Assembly: GCA_030390025.1 (NCBI GenBank) | Contig: CM059438.1 | Location: 60,266,001-60,330,000, forward strand | DNA: 64,000 nt | Direction of reading: 5' to 3' | Origin: Squalus acanthias | Lineage: Eukaryota | Shown here: positions 48,600 through 62,204 of the stretch, in pieces | Layout: each line of letters opens with the position of its first letter | Numbering within the stretch: position 1 is the first letter of the stretch | Translations under genes and position numbers: made by a program | Notes under the pieces: model-generated | Database searches by the model: none | Seen by the model: only the letters and a program-made list of their open reading frames with translations | What the model was told of the DNA's origin: nothing

Positions 48600-50400
48600 C
48601 TATATATAAAAGGGAACCCAAAAATCTTCTACCGTCATGTAAACAGTAAACGGGTAGTAAGGAGCGGGGTGGGGCCTATTAGAGATAAAGAAGCTGATAT
48701 ATGCTTAGAGGCACAGGGCAAGGCTAGAATACTCAATGAGTATTTTGTATCGGTGTTTACTAAGGAGGTGGATGCTGACAAAATATCAGTAGAAGTGGAA
48801 AAGGTAGAAGCAATGGAAGAGGTGAAAATTGATAGACAGGATGTACTAAAAAGGCTGGGTATGCATAGAGTGGACAAGTCGCCTGAGCCAGATGGCTTGC
48901 ATCCCAGGTTGCTATGGGAATTGGGGGAAGGAGATAGTGGAAGGGCTTGCCATAATTTTCCAATCTTCCCTAGATGTGGGGGAGGTGCCTGAGGATTGGA
49001 AAGTGGCAACTATGACACCATTGTTCAAGAAAGGGTGTAAGGACAATCCTAGTAACTACAGGCTGGTCGGTTTAACATCAGTGGTGGGTAAAGTTTTAGA
49101 AACAATAATCAAGGAAAAAATTAACGGGCACTTGGAGAGGTTTAAGCTAATTAAGGAAAGCCAACACGGATTTGTAAAAGGGAGATCGTGTTTGACTAAT
49201 CTAATTGAATTTTTTGATGAAGTAACAGAGAGGATTGATGAAGGCAATGCAATGGATGTTGTCTACATGGATTTTCAGAAGGCGTTTGACAAAGTACCAC
49301 ATAGAAGGCTGGTTAACAAAATTGAGGCTCATGGAATAGGTGGGTCAGTGGCAGCTTGGATAAGGAATTGGCTTAAGGACAGAAAACAGCGAGTTGTGGT
49401 AAATGGCTGTTTTTCAGATTGGAGGATGGTAGACAGTGGTGTTCCCCAAGGGTCAGTGCTGGGGCCACTGCTTTTTTTGATAAATGACCTGGATACTGGA
49501 ATACAGAGTAGAATTTCTAAATTTGTCAATGACACCAAACTTGGGGGTGTGGCAAACAGTGATGATGATATCAATCGACTGCAGAATGGGCAGACAAGTG
49601 GCAGATAGAATTTAATACAGAGAAGTGTGAGGTGATGCATTTTGGCAGAAGGAACAGGGAGAGGCAATATACACTTAATGGCACAGTTTTAAAGAGTGTG
49701 CAGGGACAGAGGGACCTGGGAATTAATGTGCATAGCTCCCTGAAGGTGGCGGGACATATTGAACGAGTGGTTAACAAAGCATATGGGATCTTGGGCTTCA
49801 TAAATAGAGGTATTGAGTACAAAAGTAGAGAAGTTATGCTGAACCTTTATAAAGCGCTGGTTAGGCCACAACTGGAGTACTGCGTCCAGTTCTGGTCACC
49901 ACACTTTAGGAAGGATGTGAAGGCCCTTGAGAGGGTGCAGAGGAGATTTACCAGAATGGTTCCGGGGATGGAGGATCTCAGCTACAAGGACAGGTTGGAG
50001 AAGCTGGATTTGTCTTCATTAGAGCAAAGGAGGTTGAGGGGTGATTTGATAGTGTACAAGATTATGACGGGTTTGGATAGGCTAGACGGGGAAAGGCTGT
50101 TCCCACTAGCTGATGGTACAAGGACTAGGGGACACAGATTTAAGGTTTTGGCCAAGAGATACAGGGGGGACGTGAGGAAAAACTTTTTTACGCAGCAAGT
50201 GGTGATGACCTGCAACTCGCTGCCGACGGAAGTGGAGACACTCAATGTTTTCAAGGGGAGACTGGATAGGCACTTGAGGGAAATAAATTTGCAGGGCTAC
50301 GGGGATAGAGCGGGGGAATGGGACTGACTGGGTTGCTCTACAGAGAGCTGGCACGGACTCGATGGGCCGAATGGCCTCCTTCTGTGCCGTTATGACTCTA
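48600..50400 (+). mobile_element. CR1 LINE, 5'-truncated, frameshifted RT
   Basis: SQHGFVKGRSCLTNL, YMDFQKAFDKVPH, GVPQGSVLGP, LVRPQLEYC. Confidence 0.92.
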
Positions 50401-50779
50401 TATGAACAGACAGTTTGGAAACGCAAGGGCAGAGAATGGAAACACCCAAGTCAAGAAAAAGTCTCAGACCCTGATAGAGACTAGTTGCCAAGACACCACA
50501 GTAGAAGATAAACATTTAGCCTACACACTTACTGTATTATAAACAAAGCTTGTAGCACAAAAGCAAAGGCTGAAAAGATGAAAAGCTGCGTAAACACCTA
50601 AAAATACAGCCTAAGCTAAACGTGCAACCTACATAATACGTGGGCACAGAGCAAGGTTGTATTATAGTATAAGAATAGACACTGTTCCCCCTTTAAAGCA
50701 GAGCAGGAATCATAAACGAAGTTCTTGTCGCTGGACTAATAACCCTTTGTTGCAACGGTAACCACGGAAGAAATCCACT

Positions 50780-51710
50780 AACAAAGCTCAACACTATCCA
50801 GGACAAAGCAATCCGCTTGATTGGCACCCCATCCACCACCTTAAACATTCACTCCCTCCACCACCGGCACACCGTGGCTGCAGTGTGCACCATCTACAAG
50901 ATGCACTGCAGCAACTCGCCAAGGCTTCTTCGGCAGCACCTCCCAAACCCACAACCTCTTCCACCTAGAAGGACAAGGGCAGCAGCCGCATGGGAACACC
51001 ACCACCTCCAAGTGCCCCTCCAAATCTGAGGGAGCGCCGCACTGTCGAGGATGCAGTCTTTCGGATGAGACGTTAAACTGAGGTCCCGTCTGCCCTCTCA
51101 GGTGGACGTAAAAGATCCCATGGCACTATTTCGAAGAAGAACAGGGGAGTTATCCCTGGAGTCCTGGCCAATATTTATCCCTCAATCAACGTAACAAAAA
51201 GAGATTATCTGGTCATTATCACATTGCGGTTTGTGGGAGCTTGCTGTGCGCAAATTGGCTGCTGCGTTTCCCACATTACAACAGTGACTACACTCCAAAA
51301 GTACTTTAGCAAAATACTGCGGATGCTGACGAAAGGTCATCGACCTGAAACGTTAACTCTCTTTCTCTCTCCACGGATGCTGCCTGGCCTGCTGAGTTTT
51401 TCCAGCGTTTTCTGTTGTTACTCCAAAAGTACTTCATTGGTTGTAAAGCGCTTTGAGATGTCCATTGGTTGTGAAAGGCGCTATACAAATGCAAGTCTTT
51501 CTTTCAAATCACACACCACCCTGATATGGAAATAGATCGCCGTCATTGTCGCTGGGTCTAATTCCTGGAACTCCCTACCTAACAGCACTGTGGGAGTACC
51601 TTCACCACACGGACTGCAGTGGTTCAAGAAGGCGGCTCACCACCACCTTCTCAAGGGCAACTTGGGATGGGCAATAAATGTTGGCCTTGCCAGCGACGCC
51701 CACAACCTGA
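50780..51710 (+). mobile_element. LINE 3' fragment (same family as 25453-28680) with nested SacSINE1-like SINE (~51027-51504)
   Basis: IGTPSTTLNIHSLHHR peptide shared with ORF 25411..26031. Confidence 0.8.
51307..51419 (+). mobile_element. 113-bp Penelope-derived insertion with hammerhead-like core
   Basis: 15-bp TSD ACTCCAAAAGTACTT; CTGACGA-A-AGGTC-ATC-GACCT-GAAAC at 51326-51351. Confidence 0.65.
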
Positions 51711-52198
51711 GATCAGAGTTGTCAAACTCTGGTTGGATATCATCCTGGAGGGTTGATCACTTGGCCTTCCTCCTCCAATGGCTAACAAGTCTATCCTCGC
51801 AGAGCACCACCTTCCCACGTTAATCAGGAAGGGACAGACTCTTCATTACCCGATTGGATGATTCTTGACTATCGGACAAACAATCCTTCTCCCCCACCCA
51901 CCCCGGCCCGTAAACTAAAGTGTTGAGAGAAAATGGAAAATACTTACAATTTTTCATTGCTGCCCCAATGGTATTCCCTGGGTTACTGGAAACAGTTGTC
52001 CATGAGATGAACCTTGAATTCCTGGAGACTCCAGAGCAATCCTGGAGAGTTGGCAACCCTACCTGGGAATGGATAAAAAATATTATTATTAATAAGAGGC
52101 TTGGTTTTGCTCCCAGCCCTTCAACAAGGAGTTAGCAATGAAACAAATGGTGCCATGCAGACTGAGAGCACCTTCTCTCTGTTGCTGCCACCCAATGG

Positions 52199-52380
52199 AC
52201 TTACTGTCCAATCCGAGGCCGCGGCCCCTTGGCCCTGGGGTTTGTGACGTCAACGCACCGGATGAGGATCCGCCCGGAGTCCTGGGCCGATGCAACTTCC
52301 GGTTTGTCGCCGAGATCCGCCCCCTGAAACACTCCGTCAGAAACCTGCTCCTCGTTGCTTGACGTTCCGCTGAAAGCTCG
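52199..52380 (-). promoter_or_regulatory. Probable HDHD3 promoter and first non-coding exon
   Basis: CpG-rich patch, ETS site CCGGAAGT (52295-52302), CRE TGACGTCA (52245-52252), minus-strand donor GTAAGT at 52204-52199. Confidence 0.55.
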
Positions 52381-52704
52381 CTTCTGTGCAATGGGGGTGT
52401 GGTGGTCACAGTTTAGTGGAGTTTCGGAAATTAGAGTTTTTAAAGGGGGAGTTGAATTGAATTCGAGTGGTGCTGCTGTTTGCAAAAGGTTAAGGAGTCC
52501 AAGCCATGCACAGGGATCAGGGAGATGCCAACTTGTGGACCAGTGAAGCTTTGCCACTTAGTCATTGTTTGGTATTTTCCCATTAGTTTGTCAGTATTTC
52601 CATGGATCCTGGGCCTGCACCTATACCTGCTCTCCTTCTCATCCACTGCATTGTGAGCACTCAGCCTAGTGTCTGCAGATCAGGGCAGCTGGCCTGGCGA
52701 GACG

Positions 52705-53049
52705 AGGGTTGCCAACGCTCCAGGATTGCCCTGGAGTCTTCAGGAATTAAATTCCTGGACACTGCTGCAAGCAATCCATGAGAAAAATTGTGCCTTATTT
52801 CATTTTCTTTGAACACTTAGTCATTTCTACGTTATAAAACTATTGGTGGTGGTGGGGGTGAAGGCTGTTTGACTGACAGCAAAGAGTCATCCAATCGGGC
52901 AACGAAGAGTCTGTTCACTTTCCAATTGGAGCAGGAAGGGAGTGAGCCACGAGGTTGGATGTGTCGGGTGACCAATGGCGGGAGTGGGGCAGTTGGAGGC
53001 CATGTGATGAAACCTCATGGAATACGTCCAACCCGAGTTGGCAACCCTA
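52705..53049. mobile_element. MITE with AGGGTTGCCAAC TIRs (relatives at ~51715-52060, ~57030-57215 and ~60022-60300)
   Basis: agggttgccaac...gttggcaaccct. Confidence 0.7.
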
Positions 53050-53399
53050 GGCAAGACTACAACACCCACACTGACCCACTCATTCTTCATGCAGTGCCAT
53101 CCGACCTTTCACCCCCTTCTAACACATTCACATCACTGTTTTTGGTTTTCACTTCTCTCCACGTTTCTCACGAAGGTAGTTTTTTTAGCAGTAGGCTCTT
53201 GTCCCACAGACATTGGGTGTCCTCCAATACCTTGCAATAGTGGCCATTCTTCACCCGTTAGCCCAGACAGTAAGTGTCCGCAGGCTATCCGACTGGGGGG
53301 AATCGCAGCGCAGCCGGATCATGTTCTCATCTGAAATGCATACATTTCAGCAACTAGGTTGCAGTTAAGAGCAGGAAATCTGGCAAAGGCCCCCCTCCC

Positions 53400-56300
53400 C
53401 ACATCCCCAAGTCAATGGGTGGGTCCCCCCATCCCACAGTCGATGGGCACTTCCAACCCCCCCCCCCCCACCCCCGCTCCTCACAATTTCAAGTCAATGA
53501 GTGCTTCCCCCCATCCCCCCACCAAGTCGATGGAAGCTTCTATCCCCCTTCCCCCAGTCAATGGGTGTTTCCACCTTCCCTCAGTCAATGGGTGTTTCCC
53601 CCCCACCACAGTCAATGGGTGTTTCCCCCATCCTCCAGTCAATGGGTGTTTCCCCCCCACCACAGTCAATGGGTGTTTCCCCCAACCCCAGTCAATGGGT
53701 GTTTCCCCCCATCCCCCAGTCAATGGGTGTTTCCCCCCCACCCCAGTCAATGGGTGTTTCCCCCCATCCCCCAGTCAATGGGTGTTTCCCCCCATCCCCC
53801 AGTCAATGGGTGTTTCCCCCATCCCCCAGTCAATGGGTGTTTCCCCCATCCCCCAGTCAATGGGTGTTTCCCCCATCCCCAGTCAATGGGTGTTTCCCCC
53901 CATCCCCCAGTCAATGGGTGTTTCCCCCATCCCCCAGTCAATGGGTGTTTCCCCCATCCCCCAGTCAATGGGTGTTTCCCCCCATCCCCCAGTCAATGGG
54001 TGTTTCCCCCCATCCCCCAGTCAATGGGTGTTTCCCCCCCCAGTCAATGGGTGTTTCCCCCCATCCCCCAGTCAATGGGTGTTTCCCCCATCCACCAGTC
54101 AATGGGTGTTTCCCCCCCATCCCTCAGTCAATGGGTGTTTCCCCCATCCCCCAGTCAATGGGTGTTTCCCCCATCCCCCAGTCAATGGGTGTTTCCCCCA
54201 ATCCCCCAGTCAATGGGTGTTTCCCCCCATCCCCCAGTCAATGGGTGTTTCCCCCCATCCCCCAGTCAATGGGTGTTTCCCCCATCCCCCAGTCAATGGG
54301 TGTTTCCCCCCATCCCCCAGTCAATGGGTGTTTCCCCCATCCCCCAGTCAATGGGTGTTTCCCCCATCCCCCAGTCAATGGGTGTTTCTCCCCATCCCCC
54401 AGTCAATGGGTGTTTCCCCCCATCCCCAGTCAATGGGTGTTTCCCCCATCCCCCAGTCAATGGGTGTTTCCCCCAATCCCCCAGTCAATGGGTGTTTCCC
54501 CCATCCCCCAGTCAATGGGTGTTTCCCCCATCCCCCAGTCAATGGGTGTTTCCCCCCATCCCCCAGTCAATGGGTGTTTCCCCCCATCCCCAGTCAATGG
54601 GTGTTTCCCCCCATCCCCCAGTCAATGGGTGTTTCCCCCATCCCCCAGTCAATGGGTGTTTCCCCATCCCCCAGTCAATGGGTGTTTCCCCCATCCCCCA
54701 GTCAATGGGTGTTTCCCCCATCCCCCAGTCAATGGGTGTTTCCCCCCATCCCCAGTCAATGGGTGTTTCCCCCATCCCCCAGTCAATGGGTGTTTCCCCC
54801 CATCCCCAGTCAATGGGTGTTTCCCCCATCCCCCAGTCAATGGGTGTTTCCCCCATCCCCAGTCAATGGGTGTTTCCCCCATCCCCCAGTCAATGGGTGT
54901 TTCCCCATCCCCCAGTCAATGGGTGTTTCCCCCATCCCCCAGTCAATGGGTGTTTCCCCCATCCCACAGTCAATGGGTGTTTCCCCCCATCCCCCAGTCA
55001 ATGGGTGTTTCCCCCATCCCCCAGTCAATGGGTGTTTCCCCCATCCCCCAGTCAATGGGTGTTTCCCCCATCCCCCAGTCAATGGGTGTTTCCCCACATC
55101 CCCAGTCAATGGGTGTTTCCCCCTTCCCCAGTCAATGGGTGTTTCCCCCCATCCCCCAGTCAATGGGTGTTTCCCCCATCCCCCAGTCAATGGGTGTTTC
55201 CCCCATCCCCCAGTCAATGGGTGTTTCCCCCATCCCCCAGTCAATGGGTTTTTCCCCCCCATCCCCAGTCAATGGGTGTTTCCCCCATCCCCAGTCAATG
55301 GGTGTTTCCCCCATCCCCAGTCAATGGGTGTTTCCCCCATCCCCAGTCAATGGGTGTTTCCCCCATCCCCAGTCAATGGGTGTTTCCCCCATCCCCCAGT
55401 CAATGGGTGTTTCCCCCATCCCCCAGTCAATGGGTGTTTCCCCCCATCCCCAGTCAATGGGTGTTTCCCCCCATCCCCCAGTCAATGGGTGTTTCCCCCC
55501 ATCCCCAGTCAATGGGTGTTTCCCCCCATCCCCCAGTCAATGGGTGTTTCCCCCCATCCCCCAGTCAATGGGTGTTTCCCCCATCCCCCAGTCAATGGGT
55601 GTTTCCCCCATCCCCCAGTCAATGGGTGTTTCCCCCCATCCCCCAGTCAATGGGTGTTTCCCCCATCCCCCAGTCAATGGGTGTTTCCCCCATCCCCCAG
55701 TCAATGGGTGTTTCCCCCCATCCCCCAGTCAATGGGTGTTTCCCCCATCCCCCAGTCAATGGGTGTTTCCCCCATCCCCCAGTCAATGGGTGTTTCCCCC
55801 ATCCCCCAGTCAATGGGTGTTTCCCCCATCCCCCAGTCAATGGGTGTTTCCCCCATCCCCAGTCAATGGGTGTTTCCCCCATCCCCCAGTCAATGGGTGT
55901 TTCCCCCATCCCCCAGTCAATGGGTGTTTCCCCCCATCCCCCAGTCAATGGGTGTTTCCCCCATCCCCCAGTCAATGGGTGTTTCCCCCCATCCCCCAGT
56001 CAATGGGTGTTTCCCCCATCCCCCAGTCAATGGGTGTTTCCCCCATCCCCCAGTCAATGGGTGTTTCCCCCATCCCCCAGTCAATGGGTGTTTCCCCCAT
56101 CCCCCAGTCAATGGGTGTTTCCCCCATCCCCCAGTCAATGGGTGTTTCCCCCCATCCCCCAGTCAATGGGTGTTTCCCCCATCCCCCAGTCAATGGGTGT
56201 TTCCCCCATCCCCCAGTCAATGGGTGTTTCCCCCCATCCCCCAGTCAATGGGTGTTTCCCCCATCCCCCAGTCAATGGGTGTTTCCCCCCATCCCCCAGT

Positions 56301-57030
56301 CAATGGGTGTTTCCCCCCATCCCCCAGTCAATGGGTGTTTCCCCCATCCCCCAGTCAATGGGTGTTTCCCCCATCCCCCAGTCAATGGGTGTTTCCCCCA
56401 TCCCCCAGTCAATGGGTGTTTCCCCCATCCCCCAGTCAATGGGTGTTTCCCCATCCCCCAGTCAATGGGTGTTTCCCCCATCCCCCAGTCAATGGGTGTT
56501 TCCCCCATCCCCCAGTCAATGGGTGTTTCCCCCCATCCCCAGTCAATGGGTGTTTCCCCCATCCCCCAGTCAATGGGTGTTTCCCCCATCCCCAGTCAAT
56601 GGGTGTTTCCCCCATCCCCAGTCAATGGGTGTTTCCCCCATCCCCCAGTCAATGGGTGTTTCCCCCATCCCCCAGTCAATGGGTGTTTCCCCCCATCCCC
56701 CAGTCAATGGGTGTTTCCCCCATCCCCCAGTCAATGGGTGTTTCCCCCCATCCCCCAGTCAATGGGTGTTTCCCCCATCCCCAGTCAATGGGTGTTTCCC
56801 CCATCCCCCAGTCAATGGGTGTTTCCCCCATCCCCCAGTCAATGGGTGTTTCCCCATCCCCCAGACAATGAGTGTTTGCCCCATCCCCAGTCAATGGGTG
56901 TTTCCCCCCCAGTCAATGGGTGTTTCCCCCATCCCCCAGTCAATGGGTGTTTCCCCATCCCCCAGTCAATGGGTGTTTCCCCCATCCCCCAGTCAATGGG
57001 TGTTTCCCCCCATCCCCCAGTCAATGGGTT
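53400..57030. repeat. ~27-bp C-rich minisatellite, ~130 copies
   Basis: Unit cagtcaatgggtgtttcccccatcccc with variable C-run lengths. Confidence 0.98.
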
Positions 57031-57807
57031 CCTGGAGGTTCCATCACATGACCTCCCGTCCCCGCCATTGGTCGCCCGACACGCCCATCTTCGCTGTGCC
57101 TGGCCTTCCCACGTCCAATTGGAAAGCGACCAGACTCTTCGTTCCCCAACCGGATGATACTTGGCTGTCAATCAAACAGCCTTTCCTCCCCACTTCTCCA
57201 ATATTCTTAGAAATAATGGGGCAGAAATTCGGGTCCCCACGGGTGAGTACGCGCTGTGTACTCACCGGTAGGGCCACCGGAAGCGCCGGTTTCACGCATG
57301 CACTGCGTATGCACGGGAAACCGGAACTTCCGGTCTTGTGAAGGAAGGGGTTCGAGGGTCAAACGCGTGCGCCGGAGAGGCAGCGCGCACGCAGCGAACT
57401 CCACTTTTTTTTTACAGGTTTCTCCGTGAGGATAAGTCCCTGGCAGCTGCGCGGGGAAAAAGCAGGCGCAAGGCCTGCTTTTAACAAGGGAAGTGGTAAA
57501 GTAAGTTAAATTAAAACATTTTTTCCACAGATTTATTATTTAAAAATATTTTAAAGAAAGGTAAGTTTATTTAAAGAACTTGTACTGCTTCTAAATTTGT
57601 ATATTTTAATAAGCCTGCTCAATTTATACTATTCAGACAACAAAGCCCCATTTTACTGGCTCCGGTGGGTTTTATGTTTTTCTCATTACTCTCTTTTATA
57701 TTTCAAACACACCCCTTACACATCTAGGGAGTGCGAGTGTGTTAATATGTGAACTTAGGTGCGAGTGTGTCAGTGTGATAGGATTGACTGTGACTTTCCT
57801 CCTCAAG

Positions 57808-58520
57808 AGCAGGAGTCGGCCTTACGGCCCCTCGAGCCTGCTCCACCATTCAATAAGATCATGGCTGATCATCGACCTCAACCCCACTTTCCCGCCCGAT
57901 CTCCATAAACCTTGATTCCCCTAAAGTCCAAAAATCTATCTATCTCAGCCTTGAATATACTCAAAGACTCAGCATCCACAGCTCTTTTGGCTAGAGAATA
58001 CCAAAGATTCACAACCCTCTGAGTAAAGAAATTCCTCCTCATCTCGGTCTTAAATGGCCTTTCCCTTATCCTGAGACTATGCCCCCTAGTTCTAGACACT
58101 CTAGCCTGGAGAAACAACCTCTCAGCATCTACCCTGTCAATCCCCTTCAGAATCTTGTATGTTTCAATGAGATCACCTCTCATTCTTCTAAGTTCCAGAG
58201 AGTATAGGCCCATTCTACACAATCTCTCATCATAGGACAGCCCTCTCATCCCAGGAATCAATCTTGTGAACCTTCGTTGCACCACCTCCAAGGCAAGTAT
58301 ATCCTTCCTTAGATAAGGAGACCAAAACTGTGCACAGTACTCCAGGTGTGGTCTCACCAAGGCCCTGTACAATTGTAGCAAGACTTCCTTACTCTTATAC
58401 TCCAGCCCCCTCGCAATAAAGGCCAACATGTCATTTGCCTTCCTTATTGCTTGCTGTACCTGCATGCTAGCTTTCTGTTTCTTGCACAAGGACACCTAAA
58501 TCTCTCTGAACACCAACATT
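57808..58520 (-). mobile_element. CR1 3' fragment
   Basis: ORF 57878..58495: [26 protein letters not shown]. Confidence 0.92.
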
Positions 58521-58859
58521 TGAATATTGCAGAAAGGTGCAGCGCCTCAGCGTATTTCATTGTGACTTGTGCTAGATAGTCACCTGAAAAATGGACTTTA
58601 ACATCTCCAATTCTCTGAATGGTGACTCACTGATAGGACAATGGTAGAACTGGTGGACACCCGCTGTCTTCTAATGTTCCAAGGTGAGTGGCCATGGGAA
58701 TCTCACATGGGAAATCTGTGGTTCTGATTGGCATCAAAGAAGGGGGAGGGTGGTTCTCAGCCTCCATGTCAAATCTAATGAGGAAGGGCACAAATTGCTG
58801 ACTAGCTTCAATGCCACTTTCTCTCTCGATGCCTCACTCATTCTCTTTTGGATTTTGAG

Positions 58860-59450
58860 AATAGAGAGAAGGGATGGGGTCACAGAGCACACAGGGCTGT
58901 AATGGATAGAGAGAAGGGATGGGGTCACAGAGCACACAGGGCTGTAATGGATAGAGAAGGGATGGGGTCACGGAGCACACAGGGCTGTAATGGATAGAGA
59001 GAAGGGATGGGGTCACAGAGCACAATAGGGCTGTAATGGATAGAGAGAAGGGATGGGGTCACAGAGCACACAGGGCTGTAATGGATAGAGAGAAGGGATG
59101 GGGTCACAGAGCACACAGGGCAGTAATGGATAGAGAGAAGGGATGGGGTCACAGAGCAGTAATGGATAGAGAGAAGGGATGGGGTCACAGAGCACACAGA
59201 GCTGTAATGGATAGAGAGAAGGGATGGGGTCACAGAGCACACAGGGCTGTAATGGATAGAGAGAAGGGATGGGGTCACAGAGCACACAGGGTTGAAGTGC
59301 AGTAATGGATAGAGAAGGGATGGGGTCACAGAGTACACAGGGCTGTAATGGATAGAGAGAAGGGATGGGGGTCACAGAGCACACAGGGCGGTAAAGGATA
59401 GAGAAGGGATGGGGTCACAGAGCACACAGGGTTGTAAAGGATAGAGAGAT
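58860..59450. repeat. 45-bp minisatellite (~13 copies)
   Basis: Unit gtaatggatagagagaagggatggggtcacagagcacacagggct. Confidence 0.95.
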
Positions 59451-61677
59451 AAGAGAGTATGGGAAGTCAAAAAATTGTGTTGAATATAGCTATTTTCATA
59501 AATCAGAATTACAAACATAAATATATGTTTAAATACTTTTATTTAATTATAACACACTATTGAATAAGAAATACATTCATCATTAAATAATTGAGAGCAG
59601 GCAATATACAGTTCCAGAAATTCAGCCTTTCCAAAGCTCTCTGAATGGTGAGGCTGGCCCTTTAACTCTGTAATGTAGTGTCGACGTGATCCAGCGATCC
59701 AGTTTGTGACTGAGGGAATCGGCTCAGTCACTGGAACAATGCATGTTCAGAGCAGGTGACTGAGGTTAATGCACCCAACAGGAGGCACAATATATCTGAG
59801 CATGTTTCAAACGAGAGCGTGCAATGTGGTGACACCTACCCTGGGCATTGCAGCGTGCATATTCCTTCGTTCCTCTTGTAATCAGAATTTAGAGCCCAGC
59901 CTCCTGCCCGCCAAACCCACCTCCATGTCCACGACCCTTTGGTTCCACTACAGTTACTGACTGTATTGCAATGATTCCACACCAATCTAATTTAAAACGC
60001 AATGTATTTGTTCACCCCTGCCTACGGTTGCCAACTCTGGTTGGATGTATTCCTGGACGTGTCATCACAGGACCGCATGCCTCCAACTGCCCCACCTGGC
60101 CAAACAGCCTTTCGACTCCGCCCCCCCATCTCCAATATTTATTTAACTAATAAACGAAAGTGTTCAAAAGAGAATGAGCAGAACACAATTTTGTTTTACT
60201 GCCTCTATTAATTTTCTCCTGGGTTCCTCGCAGCTGGGTCCAGAAGATTAAACTTTAATTCCTGGAGACTCCAGGTCAATCCTGGAGGGTTGGCAACCTT
60301 GCCCCGGCCCTATCCCCCTCCAAATCCCCTTAAAGAATGTGGCGGTGTGACATGGCAAGAACTGAAAGAATGAGAGAGACACAGAACGATTTTCAGTAGC
60401 TTATTTATTACTCCTAGCTCCTCGCACCCCAACCGCCTCTATCCATCGATCACCGTACCAGTACCAACGATTAAGAGCAGGCGGTGTCTATCATCGGAAC
60501 ACAGGAACAGCAGCAGGTCATTCAGCCTCTTGAGCCTGTTCCGCCCAGCATCACCCAGTCAGTCTGTACCTGGAACTGACAACCTCTGTAAATCTCAACA
60601 ACCTTGTGGGAATTTTAGACTAACAGACACGCAGCACTAAGTCTGAATTTCAGACAGTTTCCATTTCACAAATTGCCAACATTGAAAGCTTTGTGACTGA
60701 TCCCAGTGACCAGGTTTTCATCCTCGGTCTGCATTGAGTTACTGGGGTGACAGTAGCAGGGGTACGATTGGTCTCGGTGATCCTGGGTTAGGGAGAAATC
60801 AGCCCTGGTTCCCAGTCTTTGTCCCTGTCCAGTGAGCCCCCTCCCCCTGAATGTCTCTGACAGTGAACTAGCCTGTCAACATTCACTGCCAAAGGTCATA
60901 CATAAACATGGCTACTTGGGTACAGTATGATGCGGTGCTGTAGTGGTTATGTTACTGGACAAATAATCTAGCGAACCTGAGTTCAAATCCCTCCATGGAA
61001 GTTTGAGAACTTGAATTCAGTTTTTTTTTTAAAATCTGGAAATAAAAAGCTGGTATCAGTAAAAGTGAGCATGAAGCTGTCGCATTGTCGCAAAAAACCC
61101 AACTGGCTGACTAATGTCCTTTAGGGAAAGAAACCTGCCGTCCTTACCCAGTCTGGCCTGTGTGCGACTCCAGTCCCACACCAACATGGCTGCCTCTTAA
61201 CTGCCCTCAGTTGTATCAAAGCAGCGGTTCAAGAAGGCGGCTCACCACCACCTTCACAGGGCAACTATGAATGGGCAATAAATGCCGGCCTTGCCAGCGA
61301 CACCTACATCCCGAGAATGAATTTATTAAAAACTACACCAGCAAGGAAATCAATGTCTTCAAGAGGGGAAATAAGGGCAGAAAACTAGTGAAGAAAAACC
61401 CTGTGACCCATCCTTCCCATGTTGAACTGTAAGCTACAATGTCAACATCTTATTAACACAGAATGACCTGCTATGACCCAACAGCAAGAATGAATCATCT
61501 ATATGTTGGCAACTCAGCGTAAGAAGCTTTTGTGCTCAGTTTAAACCAGTGTTGGGACACTTTGCTAGTTCCTGGTCTATTAGACTGGGGGCACTTCCCA
61601 GATCAATAGAATCCCGGAACCAAAATATTAGGCGAGTGCTCGGAGATATCTCAGGATCCAATGGATGCACCAGCCTG

Positions 61678-62204
61678 CTATTGGACGATCGTGATACTGT
61701 CATCTGCCACCGCCAGCGCTGCGTAGATGGGAAGGACGAGCTTTGTTCTGTAGCAGTGCATTATGGCAGAGGTGTCAGGATCATAGAAGAGGATTTCACC
61801 TCCTTCATAGTCCACCAGCACACCGATTGACGCTGGGCGCCTCAGCAGATTCAAGGTCTTCAGCTGGCCGTCATGGGCGACCGTGTATTCTTCATCATAC
61901 CGAGAGAACACCCAGGAGGACGGGTTATATCCGAGCCGGGAATCGTGGCCGGAACCTTTGCGCGCAAGGCAGCCGTAAGCCAGTCCCACTTTGTAGGCAC
62001 AGCTTCTCTCCACGTCCACTCTCCAGGTGTGAAGGCCGCTCTGGAAAGACTCCAGCCCCAGGGCGTTGGGCCAGTGGTCAAAGCGCTCAGGACAGTCCGG
62101 GTACGAGTGGGCTTTCTTGCTGACAAAGGTCAGTCTCTTTTTATTTTCGGAGAGTGTCAGCGATGAGTGCAGTGTTTTTTCATCTATGTGCAAGTCTTCG
62201 GCAC
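61678..62204 (-). CDS. BSPRY: B-box and SPRY domain-containing protein, last coding exon (PRY-SPRY)
   Basis: PERFDHWPNAL, SCAYKVG, RKGSG.D.RLG.N..SWVFSRYD and C-terminal AVADDSITIVQ match my recollection of BSPRY; acceptor ctcctgtttcag at 62205-62206. Confidence 0.92.

Noticed and set aside
53359..57341. Three 1170-1308 aa Pro-rich ORFs
   Set aside because: The 27-bp repeat unit has no stop in any plus frame; the ORFs drift between frames with C-run length, so they are artefacts.
58834..59384. Cys-rich or repetitive ORFs
   Set aside because: Translations of the 45-bp minisatellite.
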